Below, piece by piece: positions 38,107 to 50,179 of a DNA stretch of 64,000 bases (its first letter is position 1; every line of letters begins with the position of its first letter). A model generated the notes under the pieces. That model saw only the letters and a program-made list of their open reading frames with translations, did not search any database and was not told the origin of the DNA. The DNA comes from Pseudoprimorskyibacter sp. (GTDB lineage: Bacteria; Pseudomonadota; Alphaproteobacteria; Rhodobacterales; Rhodobacteraceae). Both the position numbers and the translations under genes were made by a program. Location: contig JAXMOG010000003.1 of assembly GCA_034670065.1 (NCBI GenBank), positions 226,392 to 290,391 on the forward strand. The letters are read 5' to 3'.

Positions 38107-40196
38107 CACAAGATTATTCCATTCTCGAAGGGCGGCCAAACCCGCTTGGCGCGACCTTTGATGGCGACGGCGTAAATTTCGCCGTCTTTTCCCAAAACGC
38201 AACTCGGGTCACCGTTTGCCTGTTTTCAGACGATGGCAAGACAGAGCAGCAAAGGATCGATTTGCCCGAACGTTCGGGCGATATCTGGCATGGCTACATT
38301 CCCAGCCTGCGTCCGGGCGATATGTACGGCCTGCGCGCAGATGGGCCCTACGCCCCAACCGAAGGACACCGGTTCAACTACAACAAACTGTTGTTGGACC
38401 CTTATGCCAAACGGCTGACAGGCCATCCCACATGGCATGATGCATTGATGGGCTACACTGTTGGGCACCCGGATGAAGACCTCAGCTTTGATAAGCGGGA
38501 CAGTGCGCCATATATGCCGCGCTGCGTTATCGAAGACCCTTCGTTTTCGTGGGGGGATTCATCGCCTCCGGCCACACCACTGGAACGCTCTGTTATTTAC
38601 GAGGCACATGTCAAAGGCTTCACACGCCAGATGCCCAACGCCGTGCAAAAAGGAACGTTCCTTGGCATTGGTTCAGACGCAGCGATTGAGCACATGCAAA
38701 ACCTGGGCATTACGGCAGTCGAGCTTTTACCCGTACAAGCCTTTTTGGATGACCGGTTCCTGATCGAAAAACGGCTGGTCAACTACTGGGGGTATCAGAC
38801 GCTTGGCTTCTTTGCGCCAGAACCTCGGTATATGGCCCATGGCCAGATTTCCGAATTCCAGCAGATGGTTGCCCGCCTGCATTCCGCCGGGATCGAAGTG
38901 ATCCTGGATGTGGTCTACAACCACACCTGTGAAGGGTCTGAACTGGGGCCAACCCTGTCCTTCCGTGGGCTGGACAACCGCAGCTACTACCGGTTGGCCG
39001 ATGATCCCCGCTATTGCATCAACGACACCGGCACAGGCAACACCATCAACATGGATCACCCGATGGTCCTGCGGATGATCATGGATTCCCTGCGATATTG
39101 GGTCGAAGTGATGCATGTCGACGGTTTCCGCTTTGACCTGTGCGCCACGCTGGGCCGGACCGCCGCCGGGTTTGACCGGGGGTCGGCCTTCTTTGATGCC
39201 ATCCAACAAGACCCGGTTTTGAACCGCGTCAAATTGATCGCCGAGCCGTGGGACATCGGCCCCGGTGGATACCAATTGGGCGGCTTCCCACCACCCTTTG
39301 CCGAATGGAATGACAAGTTCCGCGACAACACACGCCGGTTCTGGCGCGGCGACGATGGACACGTGCCCAAACTGGCATCGCGCCTGACAGGCTCTGCCCT
39401 GCAATTTGACCATTCCGGCCGCGCGGCCACATCCTCGGTCAACTTTTTGACGGCGCATGACGGTTTCACACTGAATGACGTGGTCAGCTACAACGAACGC
39501 CACAATGCCGCCAATGGTGAAGACAACCGCGATGGTCACGGCGCAAACCAGTCCTACAACATGGGCGTTGAAGGGCCGACGGATGACCCGAAAATCCAGG
39601 CAGCCCGCGGCCGCCGACGCCGCAATATGATGGCAACCTTGTTGCTGTCGCAGGGTACTCCAATGATCTTGGCCGGTGATGAAATCGGCAATGGTCAAAA
39701 CGGTAACAACAACGCCTATTGTCAGGATAACGCGATCGGCTGGATCAACTGGGACGATGCCGATGATCAGTTCCACGAGTTTGTCAAAAAACTGATCGCG
39801 TTCCGCAAAGAACACCCGATTTTGCGTCAAAAGCGGTTCTTGCACGCACGGGAACGCACCGTGGACGGCGTAGAAGACCTGTTCTGGCGGCGCGCAGATG
39901 GCGAACCGATGTCCCACAGCGACTGGGAAAAACCATCGCTTCGCATCCTGTGTGCCGAAATGCGGATGGCTTCGGGCACGCCACGCTATGCCCAGCGCGA
40001 AGAGGCGGTCTTTCTGATCTTCAACTCTGGCAAAGCGTCCAGAGTCACCTTGCCCGAGCTGCCCGAACATCGCGTGTGGCGAAAGTACATTGATACAGAC
40101 GAGCCCGGCGCGGAACCGCGCGATATCGATGCGCGAAAGATGAAAGTGCCCGCCGAAAGCGTGATTGCCCTGGTACAGGAAAACTCCGGTGTCTGA
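38103..40196 (+). CDS. glgX: Glycogen debranching enzyme
   Basis: GH13 motifs VILDVVYNHT, DGFRFDLCATL, LIAEPWD, FLTAHDGFTLND, with ATGA overlap with glgA. Confidence 0.95.
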   Translation: MTQDYSILEGRPNPLGATFDGDGVNFAVFSQNATRVTVCLFSDDGKTEQQRIDLPERSGDIWHGYIPSLRPGDMYGLRADGPYAPTEGHRFNYNKLLLDPYAKRLTGHPTWHDALMGYTVGHPDEDLSFDKRDSAPYMPRCVIEDPSFSWGDSSPPATPLERSVIYEAHVKGFTRQMPNAVQKGTFLGIGSDAAIEHMQNLGITAVELLPVQAFLDDRFLIEKRLVNYWGYQTLGFFAPEPRYMAHGQISEFQQMVARLHSAGIEVILDVVYNHTCEGSELGPTLSFRGLDNRSYYRLADDPRYCINDTGTGNTINMDHPMVLRMIMDSLRYWVEVMHVDGFRFDLCATLGRTAAGFDRGSAFFDAIQQDPVLNRVKLIAEPWDIGPGGYQLGGFPPPFAEWNDKFRDNTRRFWRGDDGHVPKLASRLTGSALQFDHSGRAATSSVNFLTAHDGFTLNDVVSYNERHNAANGEDNRDGHGANQSYNMGVEGPTDDPKIQAARGRRRRNMMATLLLSQGTPMILAGDEIGNGQNGNNNAYCQDNAIGWINWDDADDQFHEFVKKLIAFRKEHPILRQKRFLHARERTVDGVEDLFWRRADGEPMSHSDWEKPSLRILCAEMRMASGTPRYAQREEAVFLIFNSGKASRVTLPELPEHRVWRKYIDTDEPGAEPRDIDARKMKVPAESVIALVQENSGV

Positions 40197-42015
40197 GCGC
40201 GTTCTGCAACAAGCCGAAGCGCTGGGTGTGGTTGCGACCTACAAAGATCAGACAGGTCAATTGCGCCACACCAGCGTTGAGACAGCCAAGGCCCTGATGG
40301 CGGCAATGGGTGTTTCTGATCCATCAGAGGCTGACAAAGTTCTGTCAGACCTGCCCACCGATGTGATTTGCGAGGTTGATAGCCCGCCCCCGCTGGTGCT
40401 GAAAACGCCTTGGGTTTTGACATTGGAGGATGGCACCCAAACCACCGGCACCGGCCCCTTGCCCGGTTTGCCATTGGGCATTCATACGCTGGTATCGGGT
40501 GGTGAAAGCTACACCCTGCTGTCCGCGCCACGCGCGCTGCCGTTGCCGCCCAAAAGCTGGGGCATGGTGGTTCCACTGTACGGGCTTAGCGAAACGGGCA
40601 TCGGCACCTATGATCAGCTGGGTCAGCTGGCGGCCGATTTGGCACCCAAAGGGGCCAGCTTTCTGGGCCTAAACCCAGTTCACGCCGGCTTCCCGTCTGC
40701 GCCTGAGGTCTTTAGCCCATATACCCCATCACACCGCCGCCGCTTGAATGTCATTCATCTGGCGGGCGATGCCGGCACCCCCGGACCGCTGGTGGATTAC
40801 CCTGCTGATGTGCCCACTCGCTTGGCCGCTCTGAAGGCAGAATTTTTGGCCGCACCATTCGATGAAAGCTTCGAAAGCTGGCAAAAATCCGAAGGGGATC
40901 GCCTGCAGCGTTTCGCGTTACACCAAGCGCTTTCTTTCCGGCACGGTCCGTTTTGGGACAGCTGGCCCATAGCGCTGCAAGATCCCACCAGCCCGGAAAC
41001 CAAAGCAACCGCGCAAGAATTGGCCGAAGAGGTTCGCTTCCACGCCTGGCTGCAATGGCGCGCGGAACATGCGCTTATGGCCGCCCAGACAGAGGCCCAA
41101 AGCGCCGGAATGCGTTTCGGCCTTTACCTGGATTTGGCGGTTGGCACACATCCCTATGGGGCCGAAACATGGGAAGACCGCGATAGTTTCGCCTTTGGCG
41201 CTTCGCTGGGCGCACCGCCCGACGCGTTTGCCGCCGATGGGCAAAACTGGAACCTTGCGCCGTTCAACCCGCTGGCCCTGCGCGCCCGTGCCTATGCCCC
41301 ACTGGCCGAAACACTACGGCGTCAGATGCAACTGGCTGGCCTTTTGCGGATCGACCATATTTTGGGGTTCGAGCGGGCATTCTGGGTTCCCGAAGGGGCA
41401 CCCGGTGCCTATGTCACCATGCCACGCGATGCCATGCTGGCCGTCGTGCGTATCGAAGCAGCCCGCGCCCAGGCCACGGTTGTGGGCGAGGACTTGGGCA
41501 ATATTCCCGATGGGCTGCGCGGATCGCTGGAAGCTTCGGGCGTTTTGGGATGCCGCGTGATGATGTTTGAACGCACATCCTGGGAACCCCCGGTATTTCG
41601 CGAACCAAAAGACTATGACGCCGCCGCAATGACCAGCTTTTCAACCCATGACCTGCCCACGTGGCAAGGCTGGCGTGACGGCCGCGACATTGATGAACGT
41701 GCGCGTCTTGGCAGCTTGGATGCCAAAGCACAGGCGCAGGAGACCAAGCACAGAAAGACCGAAGTTTCGGCTTTGGATGATCTGCTACCCGCCCCAACGC
41801 TGGCGGCAATGCACACCGCGCTGGCACAAAGTCATTCGCGGCTGGTGGCGGTGCAGGCTGAAAACGCGTTGCACATGGCAGACCAACCCAATCTGCCCGG
41901 CACAATCGACGAATTCCCGAACTGGCGACAGCGCCTGCCCGTCACGGCACAGGCTTTGGGCCGCCACGAAACTGTTACACACATCGCGCAGATCATGCGC
42001 AACAATGGACGATAG
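40189..42015 (+). CDS. malQ: 4-alpha-glucanotransferase (amylomaltase)
   Basis: GH77-like ...LRIDHILGFERAFWVP...VVGEDLGNIPDG...FSTHDLPT. GTG 40189 (MSERVLQQAEALGV) is preferred. The ORF-track TTG 40165 is an alternative. Confidence 0.85.
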   Translation: MSERVLQQAEALGVVATYKDQTGQLRHTSVETAKALMAAMGVSDPSEADKVLSDLPTDVICEVDSPPPLVLKTPWVLTLEDGTQTTGTGPLPGLPLGIHTLVSGGESYTLLSAPRALPLPPKSWGMVVPLYGLSETGIGTYDQLGQLAADLAPKGASFLGLNPVHAGFPSAPEVFSPYTPSHRRRLNVIHLAGDAGTPGPLVDYPADVPTRLAALKAEFLAAPFDESFESWQKSEGDRLQRFALHQALSFRHGPFWDSWPIALQDPTSPETKATAQELAEEVRFHAWLQWRAEHALMAAQTEAQSAGMRFGLYLDLAVGTHPYGAETWEDRDSFAFGASLGAPPDAFAADGQNWNLAPFNPLALRARAYAPLAETLRRQMQLAGLLRIDHILGFERAFWVPEGAPGAYVTMPRDAMLAVVRIEAARAQATVVGEDLGNIPDGLRGSLEASGVLGCRVMMFERTSWEPPVFREPKDYDAAAMTSFSTHDLPTWQGWRDGRDIDERARLGSLDAKAQAQETKHRKTEVSALDDLLPAPTLAAMHTALAQSHSRLVAVQAENALHMADQPNLPGTIDEFPNWRQRLPVTAQALGRHETVTHIAQIMRNNGR

Positions 42016-43656
<1,641 letters not shown>

Positions 43657-43691
43657 TCTTTTGCGTCCGGGCCTGTTTTTGGGTCCGGACG

Positions 43692-45050
43692 CTACTTGAG
43701 TGCAGACAGGCTGTGGCGCCAGAACCGTCGGTTCAACAGCACAGCCGCCGCGGTCAATCCGGCCACCAAGCCCAGCCAGATTCCAACGCCGCCCCAATCC
43801 AACCAAAAGCCCAGACCGTAACTGACCGGCAGCCCGACACCCCAATAGGCGATGCCTGAAATGATCATGGGTTCATGGGTATCCTGCATCCCGCGTAACA
43901 AGCCATGCAGAACCACCTGTCCACCATCCACAAGTTGGAACACTGCGGCCACAGCCAACAAACCAACGCCTGCGGCCAAAATTTCGGCTCGGTCCGGGTC
44001 AGCCGGGTCTAGAAACGCCGAAATCAACAGTTCCGGCAGGAACAGAAAAATCCCCATCCCCACCAATGAAACCATCACCGACAGGATCAATATCGCCCGC
44101 GCTCCGGTGATAAGATTAGCGCTGTCACTCTGCCCAAAAAACTGCCCGGTGCGCACTGTCGCCGCGTTTGATAGGCCGACATGTACCATGAATGTCGCTG
44201 TCGCCAGTTGCACCGCGATACCATGTGCGGCCAGTGGGATCGTGCCCAGCCACCCCATCATAATGCTGGCCACCACGAACAAACCCACTTCGGACAGATT
44301 GGTCACGCTTATCGGCCATCCCAGCTTGAACACGCGGGCCAAGACCTCGGTATCTGGACGAAAGAAACGGCCAAACAGGTCATGTTCGGGCAAAACGGCC
44401 CGCACATAGACGACCGCCGCAATCAACGAAACCACTTGCGTACAAACTGACGCCACCGCCGCCCCGACAATGCCCATTTCAGGAGCGCCGAAATTCCCGA
44501 ATACCAACGCATAGTTGGCAATGGCGTTCACAACTGCCGCGCCGACGGTGATCCACAAAATCACCTGCGTACGCTCCAAACCCGCCATATAGCTTTTCAA
44601 GGTCATTACGGCCAACGCGGGCAACAATCCCAGCCCGACAATCTGTAGGTATTCAGCGGCCATCGCGGACAAGGCCGGTGTTTGCCCCAGAATCTGCAAC
44701 AGCGTTCCCGAAGCCGCCCAAAACGGCAGCGAAAACACAAAGAACATGATCGACAGCCAAAGCCCCATCCGCGTCGCACGGCGGATCATGATCTGATCAT
44801 CGTCAGCGGCAAAACTGGCCACCAATGGCATGACAGCCCAGGCAAAACCTGATCCAACCAGGAAGAAAATGAAGAAATAGCCCTGCGCCAAGGTCAGCGC
44901 CGCCAGCTCCTCAACACCATACCAACCCAGCATGATTGTGTCGGTCAAACTGATGGCGAACTGCGCCAGGTGACCACCCACCAAAGGCAGACCTAAAAAC
45001 AGCGTACGGCGCATATGCGCCCAGATATTGAGTGTATCAAACTTGGACAT
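43692..45050 (-). CDS. MATE family efflux transporter
   Basis: 452 aa and 12 predicted TM helices, with the typical NorM-like N-terminus ...LGLPLVGGHLAQFAISLTDTIMLG. Confidence 0.85.
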   Translation of the reverse strand: MSKFDTLNIWAHMRRTLFLGLPLVGGHLAQFAISLTDTIMLGWYGVEELAALTLAQGYFFIFFLVGSGFAWAVMPLVASFAADDDQIMIRRATRMGLWLSIMFFVFSLPFWAASGTLLQILGQTPALSAMAAEYLQIVGLGLLPALAVMTLKSYMAGLERTQVILWITVGAAVVNAIANYALVFGNFGAPEMGIVGAAVASVCTQVVSLIAAVVYVRAVLPEHDLFGRFFRPDTEVLARVFKLGWPISVTNLSEVGLFVVASIMMGWLGTIPLAAHGIAVQLATATFMVHVGLSNAATVRTGQFFGQSDSANLITGARAILILSVMVSLVGMGIFLFLPELLISAFLDPADPDRAEILAAGVGLLAVAAVFQLVDGGQVVLHGLLRGMQDTHEPMIISGIAYWGVGLPVSYGLGFWLDWGGVGIWLGLVAGLTAAAVLLNRRFWRHSLSALK

Positions 45051-45086
45051 GGCATGGGCTTACGCCCGGCCATTTACCCTAGCAAG

Positions 45087-45386
45087 TCAAATCACGCGGC
45101 GTAGCCTGCGGCGTGTGAAAGCCCAGGCGGTTCCCAACAAAACGCCAACCAATGCAGGCATCGCCAATAGGTAAACCAGCGAAGAGTAGACGGAGTTTTC
45201 CCAACCGCTGTTGGCCATAATCTGCCACACGGAAAAGACCAGTGTCGCGCCCCAGATTGCAACGAATGCCCAGATGGTTTCCCACCTGCGCCGGCGCGCA
45301 GAATGATGCGCGGCCCACGTATGAATCATAAGAACGAAAGCTGGTACAAACCAAGCCACATCAGCCCCCTTTGGGATTACAGCCAA
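45087..45386 (-). CDS. Small hypothetical membrane protein (about 3 TM); start uncertain
   Basis: Hydrophobic segments VAWFVPAFVLMIHTWAA, TIWAFVAIWGATLVFSVWQIM and VYLLAMPALVGVLLGTAWAF. The track start is TTG, and an overlapping alternative frame exists (45079-45354). Confidence 0.35.
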   Translation of the reverse strand: MAVIPKGADVAWFVPAFVLMIHTWAAHHSARRRRWETIWAFVAIWGATLVFSVWQIMANSGWENSVYSSLVYLLAMPALVGVLLGTAWAFTRRRLRRVI

Positions 45387-45505
45387 GTCTTAATATACAC
45401 CAGAATCATGCATTTTAAGAAATCAGCGTAAGATACTGTTATTTAAATACAAATCAACAATCTCTCAGGGGGAAAGAATGCGAACCTGATTCTCTGAACT
45501 GGCCT

Positions 45506-46126
45506 TTAAGCCTCGTCAGTCTGTTTTTCGTCGGCGTCGTCGATCCCGTATTCGGTGAACAACCGGCTTTGCGTCATGAAGAACAAAAACACCGCGCCGG
45601 TCAGGCCGAAGGTTTTGAAATATACCCAGGATTCCGTCGACATCGTGCGCCAGATTACTTCGTTCAGCACGGCCAGACCCAAAAACAACCCGGTCACCCG
45701 TTGCGTCAGTTTCATCCAGCCGGTCTCAGTCAGGGGCACCGCCCCATCCATAACGAAGCGCAGATAGCTTTTGCCGCGAAGCAAGCCAAACCCCAGAACA
45801 CCACCGAAAAGCAAGTAGATCATTGTGGGCTTCATTTTGAAAAACCGATCATCATTCAGCCAAACGCTCAGCCCGCCAAAGATCACGATCAGCACGGCCG
45901 TGACAACCTGCATACGGTTCAACCGCCCTGTCAGGGCCCACATTGCACCGGTTGCAGCCAGAAGAACCGGGATAAAGCCCGCCGTGACCACGATGAAACC
46001 TTCATAGTCAGTGCCACCAATTGTAAACGTGCGGTCCTTCAACCACAGATAAGCGACGAAAAAACCGACAATCGGCCCGAACTCCAGAGCCGCTTTCAGC
46101 ATGGGGTTAATCGGTTTGCCTGACAT
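45506..46126 (-). CDS. yciB: Inner-membrane septation protein A (YciB/IspZ family)
   Basis: MSGKPINPMLKAALEFGPIVGFFVAYLWLK..., the typical YciB N-terminus, with 5 TM. Confidence 0.8.
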   Translation of the reverse strand: MSGKPINPMLKAALEFGPIVGFFVAYLWLKDRTFTIGGTDYEGFIVVTAGFIPVLLAATGAMWALTGRLNRMQVVTAVLIVIFGGLSVWLNDDRFFKMKPTMIYLLFGGVLGFGLLRGKSYLRFVMDGAVPLTETGWMKLTQRVTGLFLGLAVLNEVIWRTMSTESWVYFKTFGLTGAVFLFFMTQSRLFTEYGIDDADEKQTDEA

Positions 46127-46158
46127 TCACTTCTCCATTTTCGGCCTATATGGACCGT

Positions 46159-47070
46159 TCAGCTGCCCATCTCAACGATCACTGCGCCCAAAGCGATCAA
46201 ACTCATCAATGCGATACGGCGCGGACCAACCGTTTCTTTCAAAATCAGCCAACCAATCAGCGCTGCGAACACGGTAGATGTTTCGCGCAGCACTGCCGCT
46301 TCGCCCACCTTGTCCAGCCGCGTGGCCAACATGATAGAGCCAAAACTGAACATGGCCACAACTGCACCGATCACGCCGCGAGTCATCAAGGGCGCAAGGT
46401 ACGGCTTTTCAGCCATCGTCCGCCACCGCAACATTGCGATCGGTGGCATCAGCAAACCGTCCAACATGAAAAACCATGCCAAAAAGGTGAACGGGTCTGC
46501 CGTGGACCGAATGCCAAATGCATCAAACGTGGTGTAAAGCGCGACAAACATCCCCGTTGCGACAGCCAACCCAATGGCCGCCCACAAGGTATCACGCTCT
46601 GCCTCAAGAAAAATCAGGTTGTAAACAGCCAGCCCGAAAATCCCGACCAGCAATACACCGACGCCCAGCCATTGGATCAGCGTGAACTGCTCTCCGAACA
46701 ACAGATAAGCACCCAGCACGGTGAACAGTGGCCCAGTGCCCCGCACCACCGGATACACAACGGTGTACGCCCCTTTGGTATAGGCCTGCGCTTGCAGCAG
46801 TTTGTAGATTGCGTGAATTAAGAACACGCCCAAAAAGATCAGCCACATATGCGGTTCGGGCCAAGGCACAACGAACAATGCAAATGGCATCGCCATAAGG
46901 AAATAGCAGAAATCAATCGCGCCACGAGACATCCAGGGGTCGTGCCGCCCCTTTTGCAAAGCGCCAAAAACCGCATGTAGAAACGCCGCCAACAGGGCCA
47001 GACCTAGCGCGATGTGACTACCCGTTTCGGTGCCTTCTAACCCAACCAGCCATTCTGAAAGCCCGTTCAA
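46159..47070 (-). CDS. DMT superfamily (EamA-like) transporter
   Basis: 303 aa with 10 predicted TM in two EamA-like halves. Confidence 0.75.
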   Translation of the reverse strand: MNGLSEWLVGLEGTETGSHIALGLALLAAFLHAVFGALQKGRHDPWMSRGAIDFCYFLMAMPFALFVVPWPEPHMWLIFLGVFLIHAIYKLLQAQAYTKGAYTVVYPVVRGTGPLFTVLGAYLLFGEQFTLIQWLGVGVLLVGIFGLAVYNLIFLEAERDTLWAAIGLAVATGMFVALYTTFDAFGIRSTADPFTFLAWFFMLDGLLMPPIAMLRWRTMAEKPYLAPLMTRGVIGAVVAMFSFGSIMLATRLDKVGEAAVLRETSTVFAALIGWLILKETVGPRRIALMSLIALGAVIVEMGS

Positions 47071-47151
47071 GTCAAATCGCCTTGATGTCCTGCGGCGACA
47101 TCAGAAGAGCGGCACAATGGCCGGTGCAACCCTGAACGGTAGGTGGCCATA

Positions 47152-48477
47152 TCAGTTTTCGACGCCGGTCAACGCAGCGGCAAACTCTTCCGGATCAAAA
47201 GGTGCCAGATCATCGATCTGTTCGCCAACCCCGATCGCGTGAATGGGCAACCCAAACTTATCCGCCAACGACACCAGAATGCCGCCCTTGGCTGTGCCAT
47301 CCAGTTTGGTCATGACCAAGCCAGACACGTCGGCCAGCTTCTGAAAGATTTCAACCTGATTGATCGCGTTTTGCCCGGTTGTGGCATCCAACACCAACAG
47401 TGTGTTGTGCGGCGCATCCGGGTCTTTCTTGCGGATCACCCGGACGATCTTGGACAGTTCTTCCATCAGGTCTGCGCGGTTCTGCAAACGGCCCGCAGTA
47501 TCTATCATCAGCAAATCCGCACCATCTTCATGCGCTTTTGTCATGGCATCGAACGCCAGGCTTGCCGGGTCTGACCCCTCGGGTGCGGTCAAGACAGGCA
47601 CACCAGCGCGCTCCCCCCAAACCTGAAGCTGTTCAACGGCTGCGGCACGGAAGGTGTCACCCGCCGCGATCACCACGCTTTTCCCTGCGTTACGAAACTG
47701 AAGCGCCAGCTTGCCGATGGTGGTTGTCTTGCCCGATCCGTTGACCCCAACAACAAGGATCACCTGCGGTTTCTTTTGATACAGGGGTACAGGTTTGGCG
47801 ACCGGCTCCATGATCCGGGTCACCTCATCCGCCAAAAGCTGTTTGATCTCTGGCACAGATAGCTTACGGCCCAAACGGCCCTCTGCCATATTCGCCGTGA
47901 CACGCAGCGCGGTGTCTACGCCCATGTCCGCTGTGATCAGCAGCTCTTCCAGCTGCTCCAACATGTCGTCATCCAGCGCGCGGCGCATCACTGGCTGCGC
48001 CTCTTGTCGACGGAACAGGCGGTTCAATAGCCCTCCGCCACCAGATGGGTTCTGCACCGGCTCTTCCATCGGTGCCTCAACCGGTATCGGGTCTGCGGGT
48101 GATGGCACTTCGACCGGGGGCGCAACAGGCTGTGGCGCAGATGGTTCGGGCAGTTCGACAGGCGCAGGCTCCGGCGGCATCTCTGGTTGCGGCGCCTCTG
48201 GCACCTGAACAGGCACCGGATCAACGGGCTGCGGTGCCTCTACCGGCGGGGCAGCCGGTGTTGGATCAGGCACGTCTGGTGCTTCTACCGGAACCTCTGT
48301 CGGAACAGGGTCAACCGGGGTTGGGGCCTCTGGCTGTGGCTGCGGCGGGATTTCCGGTTCAGGCGCAACATCTGCCGCCTCAGCCGTACCGCCATCCGCC
48401 ACAATGGCATCCAGCCCCTCCTCTAACTTAGAGGAGGACTTAAAAAGCCGATTTTTCAGCTTACCGAAGAAAGACAT
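47152..48477 (-). CDS. ftsY: Signal recognition particle receptor
   Basis: C-terminal NG domain VILVVGVNGSGKTTTIGKLA...DTAGRLQN...VMTKLDGTAKGG. The N-terminal about 110 aa is a P/E/V-rich acidic region. Confidence 0.95.
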   Translation of the reverse strand: MSFFGKLKNRLFKSSSKLEEGLDAIVADGGTAEAADVAPEPEIPPQPQPEAPTPVDPVPTEVPVEAPDVPDPTPAAPPVEAPQPVDPVPVQVPEAPQPEMPPEPAPVELPEPSAPQPVAPPVEVPSPADPIPVEAPMEEPVQNPSGGGGLLNRLFRRQEAQPVMRRALDDDMLEQLEELLITADMGVDTALRVTANMAEGRLGRKLSVPEIKQLLADEVTRIMEPVAKPVPLYQKKPQVILVVGVNGSGKTTTIGKLALQFRNAGKSVVIAAGDTFRAAAVEQLQVWGERAGVPVLTAPEGSDPASLAFDAMTKAHEDGADLLMIDTAGRLQNRADLMEELSKIVRVIRKKDPDAPHNTLLVLDATTGQNAINQVEIFQKLADVSGLVMTKLDGTAKGGILVSLADKFGLPIHAIGVGEQIDDLAPFDPEEFAAALTGVEN

Positions 48478-48543
48478 GGGCCCGGACCTTTCCCGTCAGT
48501 TCTGAACTTTTTCCTATTACGGACTGCAAGAAGATAAAAGACC

Positions 48544-49620
48544 TCAGGCAATCCCACCTTTGATAAGACCCTGCGCCAGTTGGGCATAAGCATCGGCCAT
48601 AACACCGCCTTGGGCGGCGATCGGCGTCCCGCCATCGCCCGCCAAGCGCGTGTCCAGATCAATTGGCAGGCTGGCAAGCAAGGGCAGGCCCAGCTTCTTG
48701 GCTTCTGATGCAACACCGCCATGCCCAAAGATATGGGATTCGTGCCCGCAATTGGGACAGTGAAACAGCGACATATTTTCGATCAGCCCCAATACCGGGG
48801 TTTTTAACGTGGAGAACATGTCCAGCGCTTTGCGGGCATCCAGCATCGCCACATCCTGCGGTGTGGAAACCACGATGGCGCCTGTCAGCTTTGCCTTTTG
48901 GCACAAAGTCAGCTGAACATCCCCAGTTCCCGGCGGCAGATCGACAATCAGCACGTCCAATTCGCCCCAATTGACCTGCCCCATCATCTGTTGCAACGCG
49001 CCCATCAGCATCGGACCACGCCAGACAACGGCCTTGTCATCCGGCATCATCAGACCGATGGACATCAAGGTGACGCCATGCGCGTGCAGCGGCTCTATCG
49101 TTTTTCCATCGGGGCTGGCTGGCCGTTTGGACACGCCCATCATGCGCGGTTGCGATGGACCGTATATATCAGCATCCAGCAGACCAACCTTGCGACCCTG
49201 TAGTGCCAAGGCGACAGCCAGATTTGACGAAACAGTGGATTTGCCCACACCGCCTTTGCCTGACCCGACTGCGATGATGCGTTTGACCCCCTTTGGGTTC
49301 ATGGGTTCAGCCTGTGGTTTTGGGTGCCCGCCGATCTTTAAAGACGGCGCAGATTGCTGCGGCGCAGCAGAGGCGCCATGGGCTGTCAGAACGACACTGA
49401 CGGCGCTAACACCAGCTACAGCCTGCACGGCTTCTTCTGCAGCCTTGCGAATTGGCTCCATCTTGCGGGCCATATCGGGTGTTGGGGCCTCGATAACGAA
49501 TCGCACCGAGTCCCCTTCTATGGTCAATGCACGAATCAAATCGTGTGATAGCAACGACTTGCCGTCGGGTAACCCAACTTTTTCCAATGCCGCCAGAATG
49601 TCATCTCGGTTTAGAGACAT
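48544..49620 (-). CDS. apbC: Fe-S cluster carrier ATPase (Mrp/ApbC/NBP35 family)
   Basis: IIAVGSGKGGVGKSTVSSNLAVALA and CPNCGHESHIFG. The start is at MSLNRDDILAAL (the track start 49674 is an extension). Confidence 0.9.
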   Translation of the reverse strand: MSLNRDDILAALEKVGLPDGKSLLSHDLIRALTIEGDSVRFVIEAPTPDMARKMEPIRKAAEEAVQAVAGVSAVSVVLTAHGASAAPQQSAPSLKIGGHPKPQAEPMNPKGVKRIIAVGSGKGGVGKSTVSSNLAVALALQGRKVGLLDADIYGPSQPRMMGVSKRPASPDGKTIEPLHAHGVTLMSIGLMMPDDKAVVWRGPMLMGALQQMMGQVNWGELDVLIVDLPPGTGDVQLTLCQKAKLTGAIVVSTPQDVAMLDARKALDMFSTLKTPVLGLIENMSLFHCPNCGHESHIFGHGGVASEAKKLGLPLLASLPIDLDTRLAGDGGTPIAAQGGVMADAYAQLAQGLIKGGIA

Positions 49621-49855
49621 GTGAGAACTCCCAAAATTTGATGAAATAAGCGGCGATTTTTGTACGAGATGCAACCCCAGCGGCCAGATTCACAGCGCTT
49701 TGAACTAAAAGGTGAGAATTCAACCCCTCATTCATGCGCATGCTGCATACCAGCATTGATTTAATGTGGGATTGTGCACTCGCAGCATTTGCCCCATCTT
49801 GGTTTCAACAAACACGAAACAACATACACACACACGAAATAGAGCGAATACTGAA

Positions 49856-50068
49856 ATGGCCTTTGCATCCAATATCTCACATGCCCAAAACGGTTTTACC
49901 CTGGCCGGCATTCTGGCGCGCTTTCGCAGCCACATGGAGCGTCGTCGGGTTTTTCGCAGCACTTACAACGAGCTGGTGCAGCTGTCTGATCGCGAGCTTT
50001 CCGACCTGGGTTTGAACCGGTCGATGATCCGCCGCCTGGCACTGCAAGCTTCGCTGGAAGCAAAATAA
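49856..50068 (+). CDS. ccaF1: DUF1127 small protein (CcaF1-like), 70 aa
   Basis: ...HMERRRVFRSTYNELVQLSDRELSDLGLNRSMIRRLA is the DUF1127 signature (R-rich, L.LSDRELxDxGLxRxxI). It is followed 11 nt later by CCUCCUCCC-loop hairpins, as in the Rhodobacter sphaeroides RSP_6037-CcsR locus. Confidence 0.8.
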   Translation: MAFASNISHAQNGFTLAGILARFRSHMERRRVFRSTYNELVQLSDRELSDLGLNRSMIRRLALQASLEAK

Positions 50069-50079
50069 TTCGGTTTCGA

Positions 50080-50140
50080 CTGGCCTCTCCTCCTCCCTGG
50101 CCAGCCGATTGGGTGAAAGCGCTCTCCTCCTCCCTGCGCT
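50080..50140 (+). ncRNA. ccsR: CcsR/cuckoo-type sRNA unit 1 (two hairpins with CCUCCUCCC loops)
   Basis: Hairpin CTGGCC-[TCTCCTCCTCCCT]-GGCCAG lies at 50080-50104. Hairpin AGCGC-[TCTCCTCCTCCCT]-GCGCT lies at 50118-50140. Confidence 0.75.
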
Positions 50141-50179
50141 GACACCAAAATACGGAGCGTTTCGCTCCACTGACATGAC

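Noticed and set aside
38727-40070. 447-aa minus-strand ORF opposite glgX. Similar cases are 31140-32204 opposite glgP, 33984-34934 opposite glgB, 35438-36475 opposite glgC, 51335-52336 opposite valS, 57111-58082 opposite metZ and 24003-25091 opposite the lipoprotein gene
   Set aside because: All overlap strongly supported genes on the other strand and have no recognisable motifs. Long antisense ORFs are expected at this GC content.
47790-48230. Pro/Glu/Val-rich repetitive DNA that might look like a tandem repeat or separate gene (plus-strand ORFs 47795-48208 and 48045-48431)
   Set aside because: It encodes the low-complexity acidic N-terminal (A) domain of FtsY in frame with the NG domain. 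The plus-strand ORFs are shadow frames.
48417-48437. Perfect 10-bp inverted repeat CCTCCTCTAA-C-TTAGAGGAGG containing SD-like and anti-SD-like sequence
   Set aside because: It lies inside the ftsY coding region (codons about 14-20, ...KSSSKLEEG...). A 1-nt spacer cannot form the full hairpin. It is most simply coincidental coding sequence, though a translational role cannot be excluded.
49621-49855. Searched for an RpoH-type promoter upstream of the DUF1127/CcsR locus (for example CTTG at 49797-49800 followed about 17 nt later by ACAACATAC)
   Set aside because: The match to the alphaproteobacterial RpoHI/HII consensus, as I remember it, is too weak to report as a feature without TSS data.
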